DNA of 64,000 nucleotides from an uncultured Actinomycetes bacterium (GCA_963768605.1 CAVYIP010000008.1:102684-166683), one strand, 5' to 3'. Shown: positions 21,613 through 32,285, counted from the stretch's first letter. The notes: a model not told the origin generated them from the letters alone. Numbers and translations are program-made.

Positions 21613-22440
21613 ATGCGATTCGGCCTCGATGTAGCGCAGCAGCGGATGCCGTGGGACGAGGTGGTCAGCCGCGTCCAGTTCGCCGAGGAGCTCGGCTTCG
21701 ACGGCGCCTGGGGCTTCGACCACTTCCAGCCCATGTACGGCGAAGGACCGGGCGAGACGTTCGACGGCATGACGACGCTCGCCGCGCTCACGGGCGTGAC
21801 GTCGCGCATCCGGCTCGGGCTGCTCGTGGCCGGGGTGACCTACCGGCACCCTTCGGTGTTCGCCGCCCAGGCCCTCACCATCGACCACGCCTCGCACGGC
21901 CGGCTCGAGCTCTCGCTCGGCGCGGCGTGGTACGACAAGGAGCACATCGAGCTCGATATCCCGTTCCCGCCGACGCCGGCGCGCTTCGACTTGCTCGAGG
22001 ACGCGCTCGAGATCGTGAACCGGCTGTTCACCGGCGACGTCGTGTCGTACGACGGGCGCGTCGTGTCGCTGCGCGACGCGCAGCTCCGTCCGTTGCCGGT
22101 GCAGCAGCCGCACCCGCCGATCTGGATCGGCGGCAGCGGTCCGCGGCGAACGCTCCCCCTCGTCGCTCGCTACGCCGACGTGTGGCACACGTGGGGGACG
22201 CCCAATTCGTTGCGCGGGACGAACGAACGGCTCGACGAGCTCGCGACCGAAGCCGGACGCGATCCCTCGTCGATCATGCGGGCAGGCTCGCTGTCGCTCG
22301 ACGACCTCGACACCGCGCGCAAGCACGCGGCGAAGTGGCGGGACGCGGGCTACGGCTATCTCGTCTGCGGCTGGCCCGAACGCGGCCGGGCCCAGGTCGA
22401 AGGGTTCGCCCGCGACGTCCTGCCCGAGTTCGCCGACTGA
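21613..22440 (+). CDS. LLM-class F420/flavin-dependent oxidoreductase
   Basis: 275 aa uninterrupted. MRFGLDV...GFDGAWGFDHF, RLELSLGAAW, PPIWIGGSGPRRTL are typical of the LLM family. Confidence 0.85.
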   Translation: MRFGLDVAQQRMPWDEVVSRVQFAEELGFDGAWGFDHFQPMYGEGPGETFDGMTTLAALTGVTSRIRLGLLVAGVTYRHPSVFAAQALTIDHASHGRLELSLGAAWYDKEHIELDIPFPPTPARFDLLEDALEIVNRLFTGDVVSYDGRVVSLRDAQLRPLPVQQPHPPIWIGGSGPRRTLPLVARYADVWHTWGTPNSLRGTNERLDELATEAGRDPSSIMRAGSLSLDDLDTARKHAAKWRDAGYGYLVCGWPERGRAQVEGFARDVLPEFAD

Positions 22441-22449
22441 ACCACCGGC

Positions 22450-23508
22450 TCAGACGGTCGCGACCGGCGTCGCCGGGGAGCTCACCGCTCCGGGAAGCCG
22501 CAGCGGGGGCGCAGTGAGCAGGAATCGACTCCGGTTGTGCTCGCGCAGCCAGGTCGCGAGCTCGTGGAGATACCACAGCTCTCCGAGGGGGACGCCGAGC
22601 CGGAAGAGGCAGAGGTGGTGGATCGGGAGGAACGAGTGCCGGCTCTCGTCGCGATCCCGACCGAGCAGCCCTTCGACCGCGTAGTTGTCCGCCACCAGCG
22701 CCGAGATCTGCGACTCGGTGATCCACTCCAGCAATGACTCGTCCCGCGCGTCGAGATAGGTGCACATCGTGTGGATCTGCACGGGATCCGGGTCGCGGTT
22801 CCATTCGAGGACCTTCGTGGCGAAGCCGGTGTGCAACAGGAGCATGTCGCCCGGCTCCACGACGACGCCGTCCGCCGCCATGATCTCCTCGAGTGTGTTC
22901 CGGTCGACTCCACGCCAGTCGTGGCCCAGGTGGTGGGCCAGGTCGACGAGGACACCGCGCCCCTGCACTCCCGCGAAGGCCATGTGCTCCATGCCGAGGT
23001 GGTGCGCGAAGGAGAGGTGCTTGCCGCCGTCCCCCGCCGCGTCGGGCTGCGGCCCGACCAGGTCGACGCCGGCGCGGTACCCGTTGTAATAGACGGGCTC
23101 CTCGTTCCCGTCGCCGTCGGCATCGAACTCGGCGCCGACGTGGGCGAGCGAGTCCCATTGCGTCGAGTACTGCAGCGCGAGGGTCACGACGTCGTCGGCC
23201 CACACGTCGACGTAACGGGGATCGCCGTAGTCCCCCATCTCACTCATGTGGACGTTGTAGAAGGTGCCGGGATTGCCCTGCATGTCCTCGGTGGGCGCGA
23301 GAACCGGCGGGTGGCGCCGCTGGTTCAGCGCGGTGCCACCCGGGTAGTCGAGCGGCAGGCTCAGGCAGAAGCTGATGCCGGCCTCGACCTCGCGCACGCC
23401 CTGGAGGACCTTCTCGGGCGTGAGCAGATTGATGCGGCCGAGCTCGTCGTCCTCGCCCCAATCGCCCCACGTCGAGCCGGGCGGGCGTTGCTTCCACCGC
23501 TTCGTCAC
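22450..23508 (-). CDS. cyclase-family protein (kynurenine formamidase-like fold)
   Basis: 352 aa uninterrupted. GRINLLTPEKV N-terminus and His-rich core resemble the putative cyclase family. Confidence 0.65.
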   Translation of the reverse strand: MTKRWKQRPPGSTWGDWGEDDELGRINLLTPEKVLQGVREVEAGISFCLSLPLDYPGGTALNQRRHPPVLAPTEDMQGNPGTFYNVHMSEMGDYGDPRYVDVWADDVVTLALQYSTQWDSLAHVGAEFDADGDGNEEPVYYNGYRAGVDLVGPQPDAAGDGGKHLSFAHHLGMEHMAFAGVQGRGVLVDLAHHLGHDWRGVDRNTLEEIMAADGVVVEPGDMLLLHTGFATKVLEWNRDPDPVQIHTMCTYLDARDESLLEWITESQISALVADNYAVEGLLGRDRDESRHSFLPIHHLCLFRLGVPLGELWYLHELATWLREHNRSRFLLTAPPLRLPGAVSSPATPVATV

Positions 23509-23566
23509 GACTCGACTCCTTCCGGTCGGGAGCGGCCCGATCCTAAGCCGCGGAACGTGCGTTGCC

Positions 23567-23586
23567 TGTACCGACCGGTTGGTTTA
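23567..23586. promoter_or_regulatory. operator-like site, copy b of the recurrent motif
   Basis: TGTACCGACCGGTTGGTTTA, 9 nt upstream of ATG 23595, in the divergent spacer with the cyclase-family gene. Confidence 0.5.
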
Positions 23587-23594
23587 GCGTGGAA

Positions 23595-24843
23595 ATGATG
23601 ACCCGGAAGGACTTCGTCGTCTCGGGCGACGGGCACCTCCTCGAGCCGACGGATCTCTTTCGCTCTCGCCTGCCGACGCACCTGCGGGATCGCGCGGTCT
23701 GGGAGGAGGACTTCGAGATCGAGCCGCTCGTCGAGGGCGGCGCCCGGATCTTCCGGCGCTTGCACACTCCGGGATACGAGGGCTGGACGATCTCCCGGTA
23801 TCGCCAGACGGGCGGCCGAATGCCGGAGGGTGACCCCGATCGGATCCTCGAGGACATGGACCTCGACGGCATCGACGTCCAGGTCATGCACCCGAACCTG
23901 TCGCTGTTCGGCCTCTACTCCGACGACCACGAGCTCTCGATGGCGCACGCCCGCGTGTACAACGACTACGTCGCCGAGCGGTTCTCGCCGTACTTCTCGC
24001 GGCTCGTGCCCACCGCTCCCGTGCCGATCACCGATGTCGACGACGCGGTCGCCGAGATCGAGCGCGTCGCCGCGGCCGGCTTCCGGGCGATCCTCCTGCC
24101 CGGCGACTCCGCCGAAGCCGTACTACTCGCGCGACTTCGACCCGATCTGGGCCGCAGCGCGGGCGAGCGGCGTGCACGTGTTCTTCCACACCCAGACCGG
24201 AGGCGTGAAGGTCGACGATCCCGCGTCGACGACGCTCAAGGTCGTCATGGAGTCCGCCGCGCAGGTCAACCAACCCATGACCGAGAAGTCGGCATCGAAG
24301 CGGATGATCACGCAGTCGATCTACGGCACGATCGTCCCCCAGCAGCTCATGTGCGAGCTGATCGGTGGCGGCGTTCCCGAGCGGTACCCCGACCTCCACT
24401 TCGCGCTCATCGAGTTCAACGCCCATTGGCTGGCGTCGCTGATGGGTGCGATGGACAAGTGCTGGGTGACGGGCATCGGCCAGGACGCCGACTGGTGGTT
24501 GGGCTACTGGGACGACGCCCGGCCCCCGACCGACCAGCCCAGCATGGCGCAGCTGTTCCGCCTGAACGAGAAGTGGCCGTACCCGCTGACGCCGAGCGAG
24601 TACGTCCGGCGCCAGTTCCACGTGCAGTTCCAGGACGATCCCGTGGCCGTCGCGTGCCGGCACCTCACCGGCGTGTCGACCATCGTGTGGGGCTCCGACT
24701 ACCCGCACGCGGAAGGGACGTTCCGCGGCAGCCGGGAGCTGATCGCGAAGCAGTTCGCCGGCGTCCCCGCCGACGAGCGGGCCGCGATGCTCGGCGGAAC
24801 CCTCGGCCGGCTGCTCGGGCTGGAAGTCCCGGTCCTCGCCTGA
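23595..24843 (+). pseudogene. PF04909-type amidohydrolase (frame-disrupted)
   Basis: ATG 23595 (MMTRKDFVVSGDGHLLEP). One frame switch near ~24105. C-terminal part has WGSDYPHAEGTF. Confidence 0.8.
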
Positions 24844-24855
24844 GCCCCGGACGAT

Positions 24856-25929
24856 CTAGGAGCGTTCCCCCAACGGCACGATGCCGCGCGGCCGCGTCAA
24901 CGGCAGGTCGTTGTACGTCGCGATCCCCGGCGCCGCGGCCACGACGGCCGGGATCGCGTGGATCGGCGGCATCGCCGTCATGATGTGCCCGAGCTCCATG
25001 AAGTCCGCCATCGTCTCGGCTTCGAAGTCGGGCGGCGGGAGGAAGCCGATCGTGGCCGTCACCGTCGGCCGCCCCTCGACCTGGATCACCCAGCCGTCCT
25101 GGTCGATCTTCCAGTCGGGGTCGAGCGACTGACCCTTGCGCCACCGGAAGTTCAGCTCGACGACCGTCCTGTCGCCGACCAGCCCCTTCCAACTCGCGGC
25201 GACGCCCGCGACGCATCCCGCCCCGATGGTCCACGACCCGAGGTCGAGGTCGGCGGTGGTCTGCGCGAACTCGGCCTCGCAGCGCACCTCGTCGAGCTCG
25301 ACGTCGAGCGCGTCGGCGACGAGCCGCACGGCCTCGCCGAAGATGGCCGTGCCGTGTGTCGTCATCGCGAGCAGGTCGGGGTGGTCGATCGGCTTGCCGA
25401 ACCCCACCGGGAGCTCGGTCGCGGGCGAGTCGTAGTACGTGGTGTCCGCCGCCTCGTTGACCGTGACCTTGTCGACCCGATCGCAGACCATCGTCGACAC
25501 GATGGCCAACAGCTCGGCGAAGCCGGGACTGACGCCCGATCCGAACATGGTGGCGCCGCCGCTCCGACACGCCTCGACGATCCGCTCGCGGTCGGGGCCG
25601 AGGTTGCGCCCGGTGATGAACGACGCCGTCGCCACGACGTTCACGCCGGCCGAGAGGATGCGCACCAACTCGTCGGAGTCCACCCACATCGGGTTGTACA
25701 CGACGCAGTCCGGTTGCAGCGCGAGCAGCGCGTCGACGTCATCCGTGGCGGCGACACCAAGCGGATCGATGCCACACAGCTCACCGACATCGCGGCCCAC
25801 CTTCTCGGTCGACCAGGCGTAGCACCCGACCAGCTCCAGCGCAGGGTTCGCTGCGATCGCCCGCACCGAGCTCTTCCCGACATTCCCCGTCGTCCACTGG
25901 ACGATCCGAATGCGATCTGTGTTCGCCAC
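24856..25929 (-). CDS. NAD(P)-binding dihydrodipicolinate-reductase-like protein
   Basis: 357 aa uninterrupted. N-terminal Rossmann motif IVQWTTGNVGK. Last gene of the crotonase-TetR operon. Confidence 0.65.
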   Translation of the reverse strand: MANTDRIRIVQWTTGNVGKSSVRAIAANPALELVGCYAWSTEKVGRDVGELCGIDPLGVAATDDVDALLALQPDCVVYNPMWVDSDELVRILSAGVNVVATASFITGRNLGPDRERIVEACRSGGATMFGSGVSPGFAELLAIVSTMVCDRVDKVTVNEAADTTYYDSPATELPVGFGKPIDHPDLLAMTTHGTAIFGEAVRLVADALDVELDEVRCEAEFAQTTADLDLGSWTIGAGCVAGVAASWKGLVGDRTVVELNFRWRKGQSLDPDWKIDQDGWVIQVEGRPTVTATIGFLPPPDFEAETMADFMELGHIMTAMPPIHAIPAVVAAAPGIATYNDLPLTRPRGIVPLGERS

Positions 25930-25932
25930 GCG

Positions 25933-26601
25933 TCAAGACTCCGAGCCGGCGATCCCGCGGATGAAGATGTCGGCGAACGGCTTCGCCACGTCGCGAGCCG
26001 ACAGGCGGCCACCCGCCTTCAGCCACAGGTACGTGTAGTTGTGCATGCCGAGCCACGCGAGGGCGGTGAGCCTCGCGTCGACGTCGCGGAACTCCCCGGA
26101 ATCAATGCCGGCCTGCACGATCCCTTCGACCCTTCGCTCGTACTCCCGCCGGCGCCCGCGGAACTTCTCGGCGCGCTCGGCCGTGAGCGCCGGGAACTCG
26201 TGGAGGAAGACCCAGACGTGATCGGGATAGCGGTGGATGACGTCGAGCAGCTCGTCGCCCAGCATGGCCAGCTGTGCAGACGGCGATCCGCCCGCCTGGG
26301 CGACGCGATCGGCGCCCAGCATCACCTCGTCCATCACACGATCGTGGATGGCGGCGAGGAGCTCCTCCTTCGACCCGATGTAGTGGTAGAACGCGCCCTT
26401 GCCGAGACCGTTGACCTCGCACAGCTCCGCGATGCCCGTGGCGTGGTAGCCGCGTCGCGCGAAAACCGGCGCGGAGGTGTCGACAATCACGTCGCGACGC
26501 GCCTGCCACTTTTCGCTGCGTCGGGGCTCGTTGCTCCCTCCGGTTCGTGGCATGGGCTCCGACGGTACTCGGGCGCGCACGCTCATCAGCGACCTTGCCA
26601 C
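25933..26601 (-). CDS. TetR-family transcriptional regulator
   Basis: 222-aa ORF; the true start may be an internal Met. HTH YHATGIAELCEVNGLGKGAFYHYIGSKEELL. Confidence 0.85.
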   Translation of the reverse strand: MARSLMSVRARVPSEPMPRTGGSNEPRRSEKWQARRDVIVDTSAPVFARRGYHATGIAELCEVNGLGKGAFYHYIGSKEELLAAIHDRVMDEVMLGADRVAQAGGSPSAQLAMLGDELLDVIHRYPDHVWVFLHEFPALTAERAEKFRGRRREYERRVEGIVQAGIDSGEFRDVDARLTALAWLGMHNYTYLWLKAGGRLSARDVAKPFADIFIRGIAGSES

Positions 26602-27368
26602 TGCGGCGCGCGCTTCTCGGCGAACGCGGAGAGCCCTTCGCTCGCATCCTCCGACGCGAGCAGCTCGTCCAACAGCTCCTTCGAGATTCGGCGCAGCGTG
26701 TCGTCCCGCTCGTGCGCCGCCAAGACGACACGCCGGCTGGCACGCACCGCGAGTGGAGCCGCCGAGGCGATCTGCCCCGCGAGGCGGAGTGCCTCGTCCA
26801 GCGCGGCGCCCGGCTCGACCAGCCGGCTCACGAGCCCGAGGTCGTACGCGCGGCGAGCATCGATCGGCTCACCGGTGAGGATGGCGTCCATTGCCGGACC
26901 CTGACCGATCGCGCGCGGGAGCCGGAACAGTCCCCCGGCGGCGGCGATCAGGTTGCGCCGAACCTCCGCGAGCCCGAACGCCGATCGGGACGTCGCCACG
27001 ACGACGTCCGCCGCGAGGACGATCTCCAAACCGCCCGCGGTCGCCAGGCCGTCGACGGCGACGAGGATCGGCTTGATGCGCTCGCGATACACGAACCCGG
27101 CGAACCCGCCCCGCTCGGTGTCGAGCGTCGCTGCGGAACCGGTCTCCCTGATGACCTTGAGGTCGGCGCCCGCGCAGAAGACCGGGTGCTCCTGATCCGC
27201 GGTGTCGGCGCACAGGACCCCGACCCGGACCTCGGGATCGTCCTCCAGCCGGTCCACGGCGGCCTCGAGGCCGAGCGCCACCTCGCGATTGACCGCGTTG
27301 CGAGCCTCGGGGCGGTTGAGGGTGATGACGCCGATCCGGTCGGAGGACGAGTAGAGCACGGCGGTCAA
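26586..27368 (-). CDS. enoyl-CoA hydratase/isomerase
   Basis: IGVITLNRPEARNA, VDGLATAGGLEIVLAADV. The ORF extends to 27425, but that extension covers the operator site, so a TTG/GTG start near 27368 is preferred. Start uncertain. Confidence 0.8.
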   Translation of the reverse strand: MTAVLYSSSDRIGVITLNRPEARNAVNREVALGLEAAVDRLEDDPEVRVGVLCADTADQEHPVFCAGADLKVIRETGSAATLDTERGGFAGFVYRERIKPILVAVDGLATAGGLEIVLAADVVVATSRSAFGLAEVRRNLIAAAGGLFRLPRAIGQGPAMDAILTGEPIDARRAYDLGLVSRLVEPGAALDEALRLAGQIASAAPLAVRASRRVVLAAHERDDTLRRISKELLDELLASEDASEGLSAFAEKRAPQWQGR

Positions 27369-27404
27369 AGACAAGGCTCCCGCGTCGAGGTGCTGGCCCA
27401 GAAG

Positions 27405-27424
27405 GATAATGACTGGTCGGTACA
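27405..27424. promoter_or_regulatory. operator-like site, copy c of the recurrent motif
   Basis: The reverse complement reads TGTACCGACCAGTCATTATC. Lies in the divergent spacer between the crotonase and SDR genes. Confidence 0.45.
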
Positions 27425-27453
27425 CCCGTCAGGGGTGTGAGGAAGGTCAGGGG

Positions 27454-28356
27454 ATGAACGAGCACAGCTTCGAGGGGCGCGTCGCCGTCGTCACCGGCGC
27501 GGGACGCGGAATCGGGCGAGCCGATGCACGCCTGCTCGCCGACCGGGGCGCGCGGGTCGTCGTCAACGACCTCGGTGGCTCGATGGAGGGAGTCGGTGCG
27601 GACGCCGAACCCGCGTCCACCGTCGCTGCCGAGATCGTCGCCGCCGGCGGAGTCGCGATCGCCGACAACAGCGACGTGGCCACGCCTGCCGGCGCACAGG
27701 CGCTCGTCGATTCGGCGGTCGCGCAGTTCGGGCGCCTCGACATCGTGATCAACAACGCCGGCATCGTCAGATGGGCGGGCTTTCCGGAAGCCGACGCGGA
27801 CAACCTCGCGAGCCACCTCGCCGTGCATGTCACCGGCTCGTTCAACACCACCCGCGCCGCATGGCCGCACATGGTCGAACAGGAGTACGGCCGAGTCGTC
27901 ATGACGACTTCCGCGGGGATGTTCGGACTGCCGAACAACGTCTCCTATGCCACCGCGAAGGGTGCCGTCATCGGCCTCACGCGCAGCCTCACCACCGCCG
28001 GCGCCGCTCACGGCATCAAGGTCAACCTCATCGCACCCGCGGCGATGACGCGTATGGCAGGCCAGGCTGCAGATGAGGCCGGCTCTCCGCAGATGTCGCC
28101 GGACCTCGTCGCGCCGATGGCCGCGTTCCTCGCCCACGAGGCCTGCCCGGTCAGCGGCGAGATCTACGCCGCCGGCGCCGGTCGCTTCGCGCGCATCTTC
28201 ATCGCCTCGACCCAGGGGTACGTCCACGCGGGATCGGAGCCGACGATCGAGAACGTCGCCGAGAACTGGGCGACGATCAACGACGAGACCGGGTACTACG
28301 TCCCTACCGATCTGCCCGACTGGTCGGCGGCCTTCATGGCACACCTGCGCCCCTAG
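27454..28356 (+). CDS. short-chain dehydrogenase/reductase
   Basis: ATG 27454 (MNEHSFEGRVAVVTGAGRGIG). YATAKGA active-site region. Uninterrupted. Confidence 0.85.
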   Translation: MNEHSFEGRVAVVTGAGRGIGRADARLLADRGARVVVNDLGGSMEGVGADAEPASTVAAEIVAAGGVAIADNSDVATPAGAQALVDSAVAQFGRLDIVINNAGIVRWAGFPEADADNLASHLAVHVTGSFNTTRAAWPHMVEQEYGRVVMTTSAGMFGLPNNVSYATAKGAVIGLTRSLTTAGAAHGIKVNLIAPAAMTRMAGQAADEAGSPQMSPDLVAPMAAFLAHEACPVSGEIYAAGAGRFARIFIASTQGYVHAGSEPTIENVAENWATINDETGYYVPTDLPDWSAAFMAHLRP

Positions 28357-28383
28357 GCACACCGGAACGCGGTCGAGAGCGGG

Positions 28384-31014
28384 CTACGACGTCTCCGCCT
28401 CCGCCGCGGCCGCTCCCCGCGCGCCGTCACCGCGTACGAGGGCGACTGCTTGGCGGTTGCTGAGCTCCGAGCCGGCGGCGAAGACGTCCGTGAAGTCATC
28501 GCCATCGATTTCCTGCTTCAGGCGCGCGACCAGCTCGGCCTCACGCGGCCGCGTCGAGGGCCATGCCCGGAGGCCTGCACGCCGCCGCAACCCATCGGTG
28601 GCACCGAGGGCCATCACAGCCCGCCGGGCATCACCTTCGGCGAGCGCCAGCTCGGCAGTGGCAACGAGAGAGAAGGTGATGACGAGGGAGCTCAGCTCCG
28701 TTTCCTCGCTCGCCTCCACCGACTCCATCAGCAGAGCCCGAGCCTCATCGAGATGGCCCGCGCTCACCGCGAGCAAGGCCAGTTGCGTTCGCGCCGTGGA
28801 CTCGAGCCAGCTGTTGTCGAACTGTCCGCCCAGCTGGTTGACCTCGGTGAGGTGTGTGCGCGCGGCGTCGTCTCGGCCGAGCGCCATCTCCGTCATTCCC
28901 ACCGTCAAAGCGGCAAACGCCATGAACGGCTCGTTCTGCCGGCGGAAGCCGTCGAGGGCGGTCGACGCGGCCTGCAGCGCTCCGTCGAGGTCACCCTCGA
29001 TCGGCAGGATCCACGAGAGCGCCAGGTGGGCTGCGCTCTCGAGATAGGGATCGTCGATGCGCCCCTGGAGTCGCTCGAGCCCCTCGACTGCGGCCAGCGC
29101 GCTCTCGTCGTCGCCCACTTCGACGGCCGTCACGGCCGACGTGAACAGCAACTCCGCCTGGGCGCGGTCGTCCAGTGCGTCCGCCCTGCGCTGCACCTCG
29201 TCGATCCAGGCTCGACCCTCGGGCATGCGCCCGCGCATCTGCCAGATACAGCCAGAGGATGCGGAACATGTGCGGGAGCGGCGTGATGTCGTTGGTCAGG
29301 AACCAACGGATGGCGATTCGAAGGTTCTCCTCCTCGGTTCGCAACTGCTCGGCCCACTCCGCCTGTCGCTCCGCGGGCCAGTCGGCGTTCTCGACGAGCG
29401 AACCGAAGTAGCTGCGCGTGCCGCTCCTCGACGCCGGCCCGGTCGGCGCCGGCAGCAAGCTGCTCGGCGGCCAACTCTCGCACGGCTTCCAGCATGTGGA
29501 ACCTTGGCCCGGCGTCGGTCGCGTCGACCTGCACGAGGCTGTGCCCGGCGAGTGCATCGAGCAGATCGAGTGCGGCGTCTTCGGTGAGATCGGAGACTTG
29601 CGCGGCCGCGTCGACCGTCCACCCGTCCGCGAAGACGGAGAGGGTGGCCAGCATGTGCCGCTCGGCGTCCTCGAGCAGCCCGACGCTCCATTCAACGGTC
29701 GCGCGCAGGGTGCGTTGACGCTCGGGAAGATCGACCGGGCCGGTACCCAAGGCGTCGAGGCGATCTTCGAGCCGAGCGAGCAAGCGCACTTGGTTCCAGC
29801 AATCGAGTACGGGCCGCGGCGAGCTCGATGGCGAGCGGTAGACCATCGAGGCGCCGACAAATCTCCACGACGGCCAACGCGTTGTCCTCGGTGAGAGCGA
29901 AGTCGTAGCGGACGGCCTGCGCGCGATCGACGAAGAGCCGTACGGCCGGCAGCGAGGCCAACTCTTCGACTGGCGGCCGCTCCGCGAACGCGGGCACTGT
30001 CAGCGGAGCGACCGGGTACTCCCGCTCGGCCCGGACCCGAAGCACGGTACGGCTCGTCGAGAGGATCTCGAGGCCGGGGCAGCGGGCCAGGAGCTGGTCG
30101 AGCTCGGGCGCGACGCCCACGACCTGTTCGAGGTTGTCCAGCACGAGCAACGTGGGTGTCTCCGCGAAGTGCTCGACCAGGACGTCCAGCGGTCCGCGAG
30201 CGCCCTCGACGGTCGCACCCACCACGTTCGCGATGCGAGGCAGCACCAGCTCGGGCTGAGCGATCGCGGCGAGCGGCACGAACACCGTCCCGTGCGGATA
30301 GCGATCATCGAGTTGTTCACCCACCGCGATCGCCAGCCGGGTCTTGCCGATGCCGCCGGGGCCCGTGAGGGTGACCAACCGGACTTCGGGTTTTTGGAGC
30401 AGCTCCGAGACCTCGGCGATGTCGTGCTCCCGCCCGATCAACGACGTCGACGTCACCGGCAGGGAGCGCTCGCTCCGCCCGTCGGTGTCGACCGCGGACG
30501 ATGCCGAAGGGTCGGCGAGACCACCGGAAGTCGTGAACCGTTCGCTGAGGAGCAGGGCGAGGTCGTCGCGGACAAGTCGCCCGAGCTCCCGTGGGCTACG
30601 AAACGAACGGTATGAGTCGGCGCCCTCCTTCTGGAGCTCGCCGATCATGGCCGTCAGCCGAGGTTCCTGCTCGGGTGCCGGTGTCTTGACGTACAGGAGC
30701 CGGGGGATCGAGTGGGACAGTCGGAACTCGTCCTCCAGACCCGAGATCTCCATGCCGGGCCCGATCCAGCCGTACCGCTGCCAATACAGACCGATGAAGA
30801 TGTCGGACTGCGCCAAGTACGCCCGGTACAGCTCGCGAGGTGGGTGCGGTCGAGCCCCCAGCTCGAACATGACGGGAGTGAGCCGGAGTGCCGAGATCGC
30901 ACGGGACACCGCGGCACGCTCATCGGCGAGCTCGGCCAGCGTGGAGCTCACGAAGACGCGGAGACGCTGATCCGGCGTCCGGATCGCTGCAGTGCCCTCC
31001 TGTTCTTCCGTCAT
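28384..31014 (-). pseudogene. STAND NTPase: DUF4062-like N-domain + NB-ARC ATPase + TPR-like repeats (frame-disrupted)
   Basis: ATG 31014. RVFVSSTLAELADERAAV...DIFIGLYWQRYGW, P-loop GPGGIGKT, LLVLDNLE, GLPLAIELAA, then helical repeats to 28384. Frame switches near ~29784, ~29415 and ~29235. Confidence 0.75.
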
Positions 31015-31173
31015 GCATCCGTCCTCGACAGGATCAGCCGTCGAAAGTCTGGACGGTCACCCCTTGGAGTGCCAACGCTCGGGATCCGCATCAATTCGGC
31101 GATCGCGGCTTGCTCGGTGGCTACGCAATCGCTTCGCGGAACGCGGCGTGCATGGGTGCCAAGGGATGCCTGG

Positions 31174-31992
31174 TCAGAGGAGGGCGGCGGCGAACTGGTC
31201 GTGGTGGTCGGTCCACCAGCGGCGTCGGCGGTCGTAACGCTCGCCGCCACCGGTCCGGTTCCACATCGCGATGGTGTTCGCGTCGCCTGCGTCGACGCTG
31301 CGTCGGACGGCTGCTTCGACGCGGTCGATGGCATCGTTCATGGCGGTGAGGAGCTCTGGCCGACTGTCCCGGTCCAGTCCGTAGGCGTCGGCAACGAGTC
31401 GTAGCCGTGCCGGTCGGTCGGCGGGCCGCCAGCCGAGCCGGGCCAGGTCGAAGTCGTCGTCGATCGGTACGCAGAGGCGGGCGAGCTGCGCGAGGTCGTA
31501 GACGGGGCGGCCAGGGGCCGCGAACTCGAAGTCGAGCAGCGCAACGGCGATGCCGTCACGGAAGACGATGTTCGAAGGCTCCGCGTCGTTGTGGCACACG
31601 AGCGTTCCGCCCGCAGGGTCAGCCAGAGCGTCGTTCCAGGTGAGACCCTGAGGGTCGAACCCTCGGGCGGCGTCGTGCAGCCCGCGCAGCAGCCTGGCGA
31701 TGGACACGAGCGCGGTGTCGGACTGGCTCCAGTCCGGATAGGGCGCCAGGGGGACCTCGCCGTCGATGAACACGAGGCGCTCGCGTCCGTCCTCGTCGAT
31801 GCCGACTGGTAACGAGGCGCCCTCGAATCCGGCGTGTCTCACCGCCCGTAGGAACGCGTGGATCGAACCCGAGTGCGGACTCGAGGGGCGAAGAACATGC
31901 GGACCGACGCGGACGACCTGGCCTGCGTTCGCGATCCCGCCATCGAGCTGCTGCTCAGGCACACCGCCACTTTGACAGACACGGATCGGCAT
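31174..31992 (-). CDS. APH-like phosphotransferase (aminoglycoside/choline kinase fold)
   Basis: 272 aa uninterrupted. Catalytic loop HNDAEPSNIVF and LDFEFA (DFG-like). Confidence 0.75.
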   Translation of the reverse strand: MPIRVCQSGGVPEQQLDGGIANAGQVVRVGPHVLRPSSPHSGSIHAFLRAVRHAGFEGASLPVGIDEDGRERLVFIDGEVPLAPYPDWSQSDTALVSIARLLRGLHDAARGFDPQGLTWNDALADPAGGTLVCHNDAEPSNIVFRDGIAVALLDFEFAAPGRPVYDLAQLARLCVPIDDDFDLARLGWRPADRPARLRLVADAYGLDRDSRPELLTAMNDAIDRVEAAVRRSVDAGDANTIAMWNRTGGGERYDRRRRWWTDHHDQFAAALL

Positions 31993-32285
31993 TCCTGAAG
32001 GGGTGGGGCCGTGTCAAGGTGTTGGTGCTGGTCGCGAGTTTGGGTGTGGTGGACGTGGGCGCGGGTGGCTCACGTGGCGCCGGATGGTTGGGTTGTCGTG
32101 TTCCGCACCACGGTTCGTCGATCTGAGGTGGGCAGGCTCGGCTGCCGGGCATTCCTTCGCTGACTTGTTGGCAGCATGGTGCGTTCCGGCCACGACCAGG
32201 CGGGCTCAAGCAGTTCGTCGACCGCGCCGCGACGTGCGGGGGTCATGCCGATTTCGAGCGCGCGTCGGGTCGTGTCCGAGCGTGG

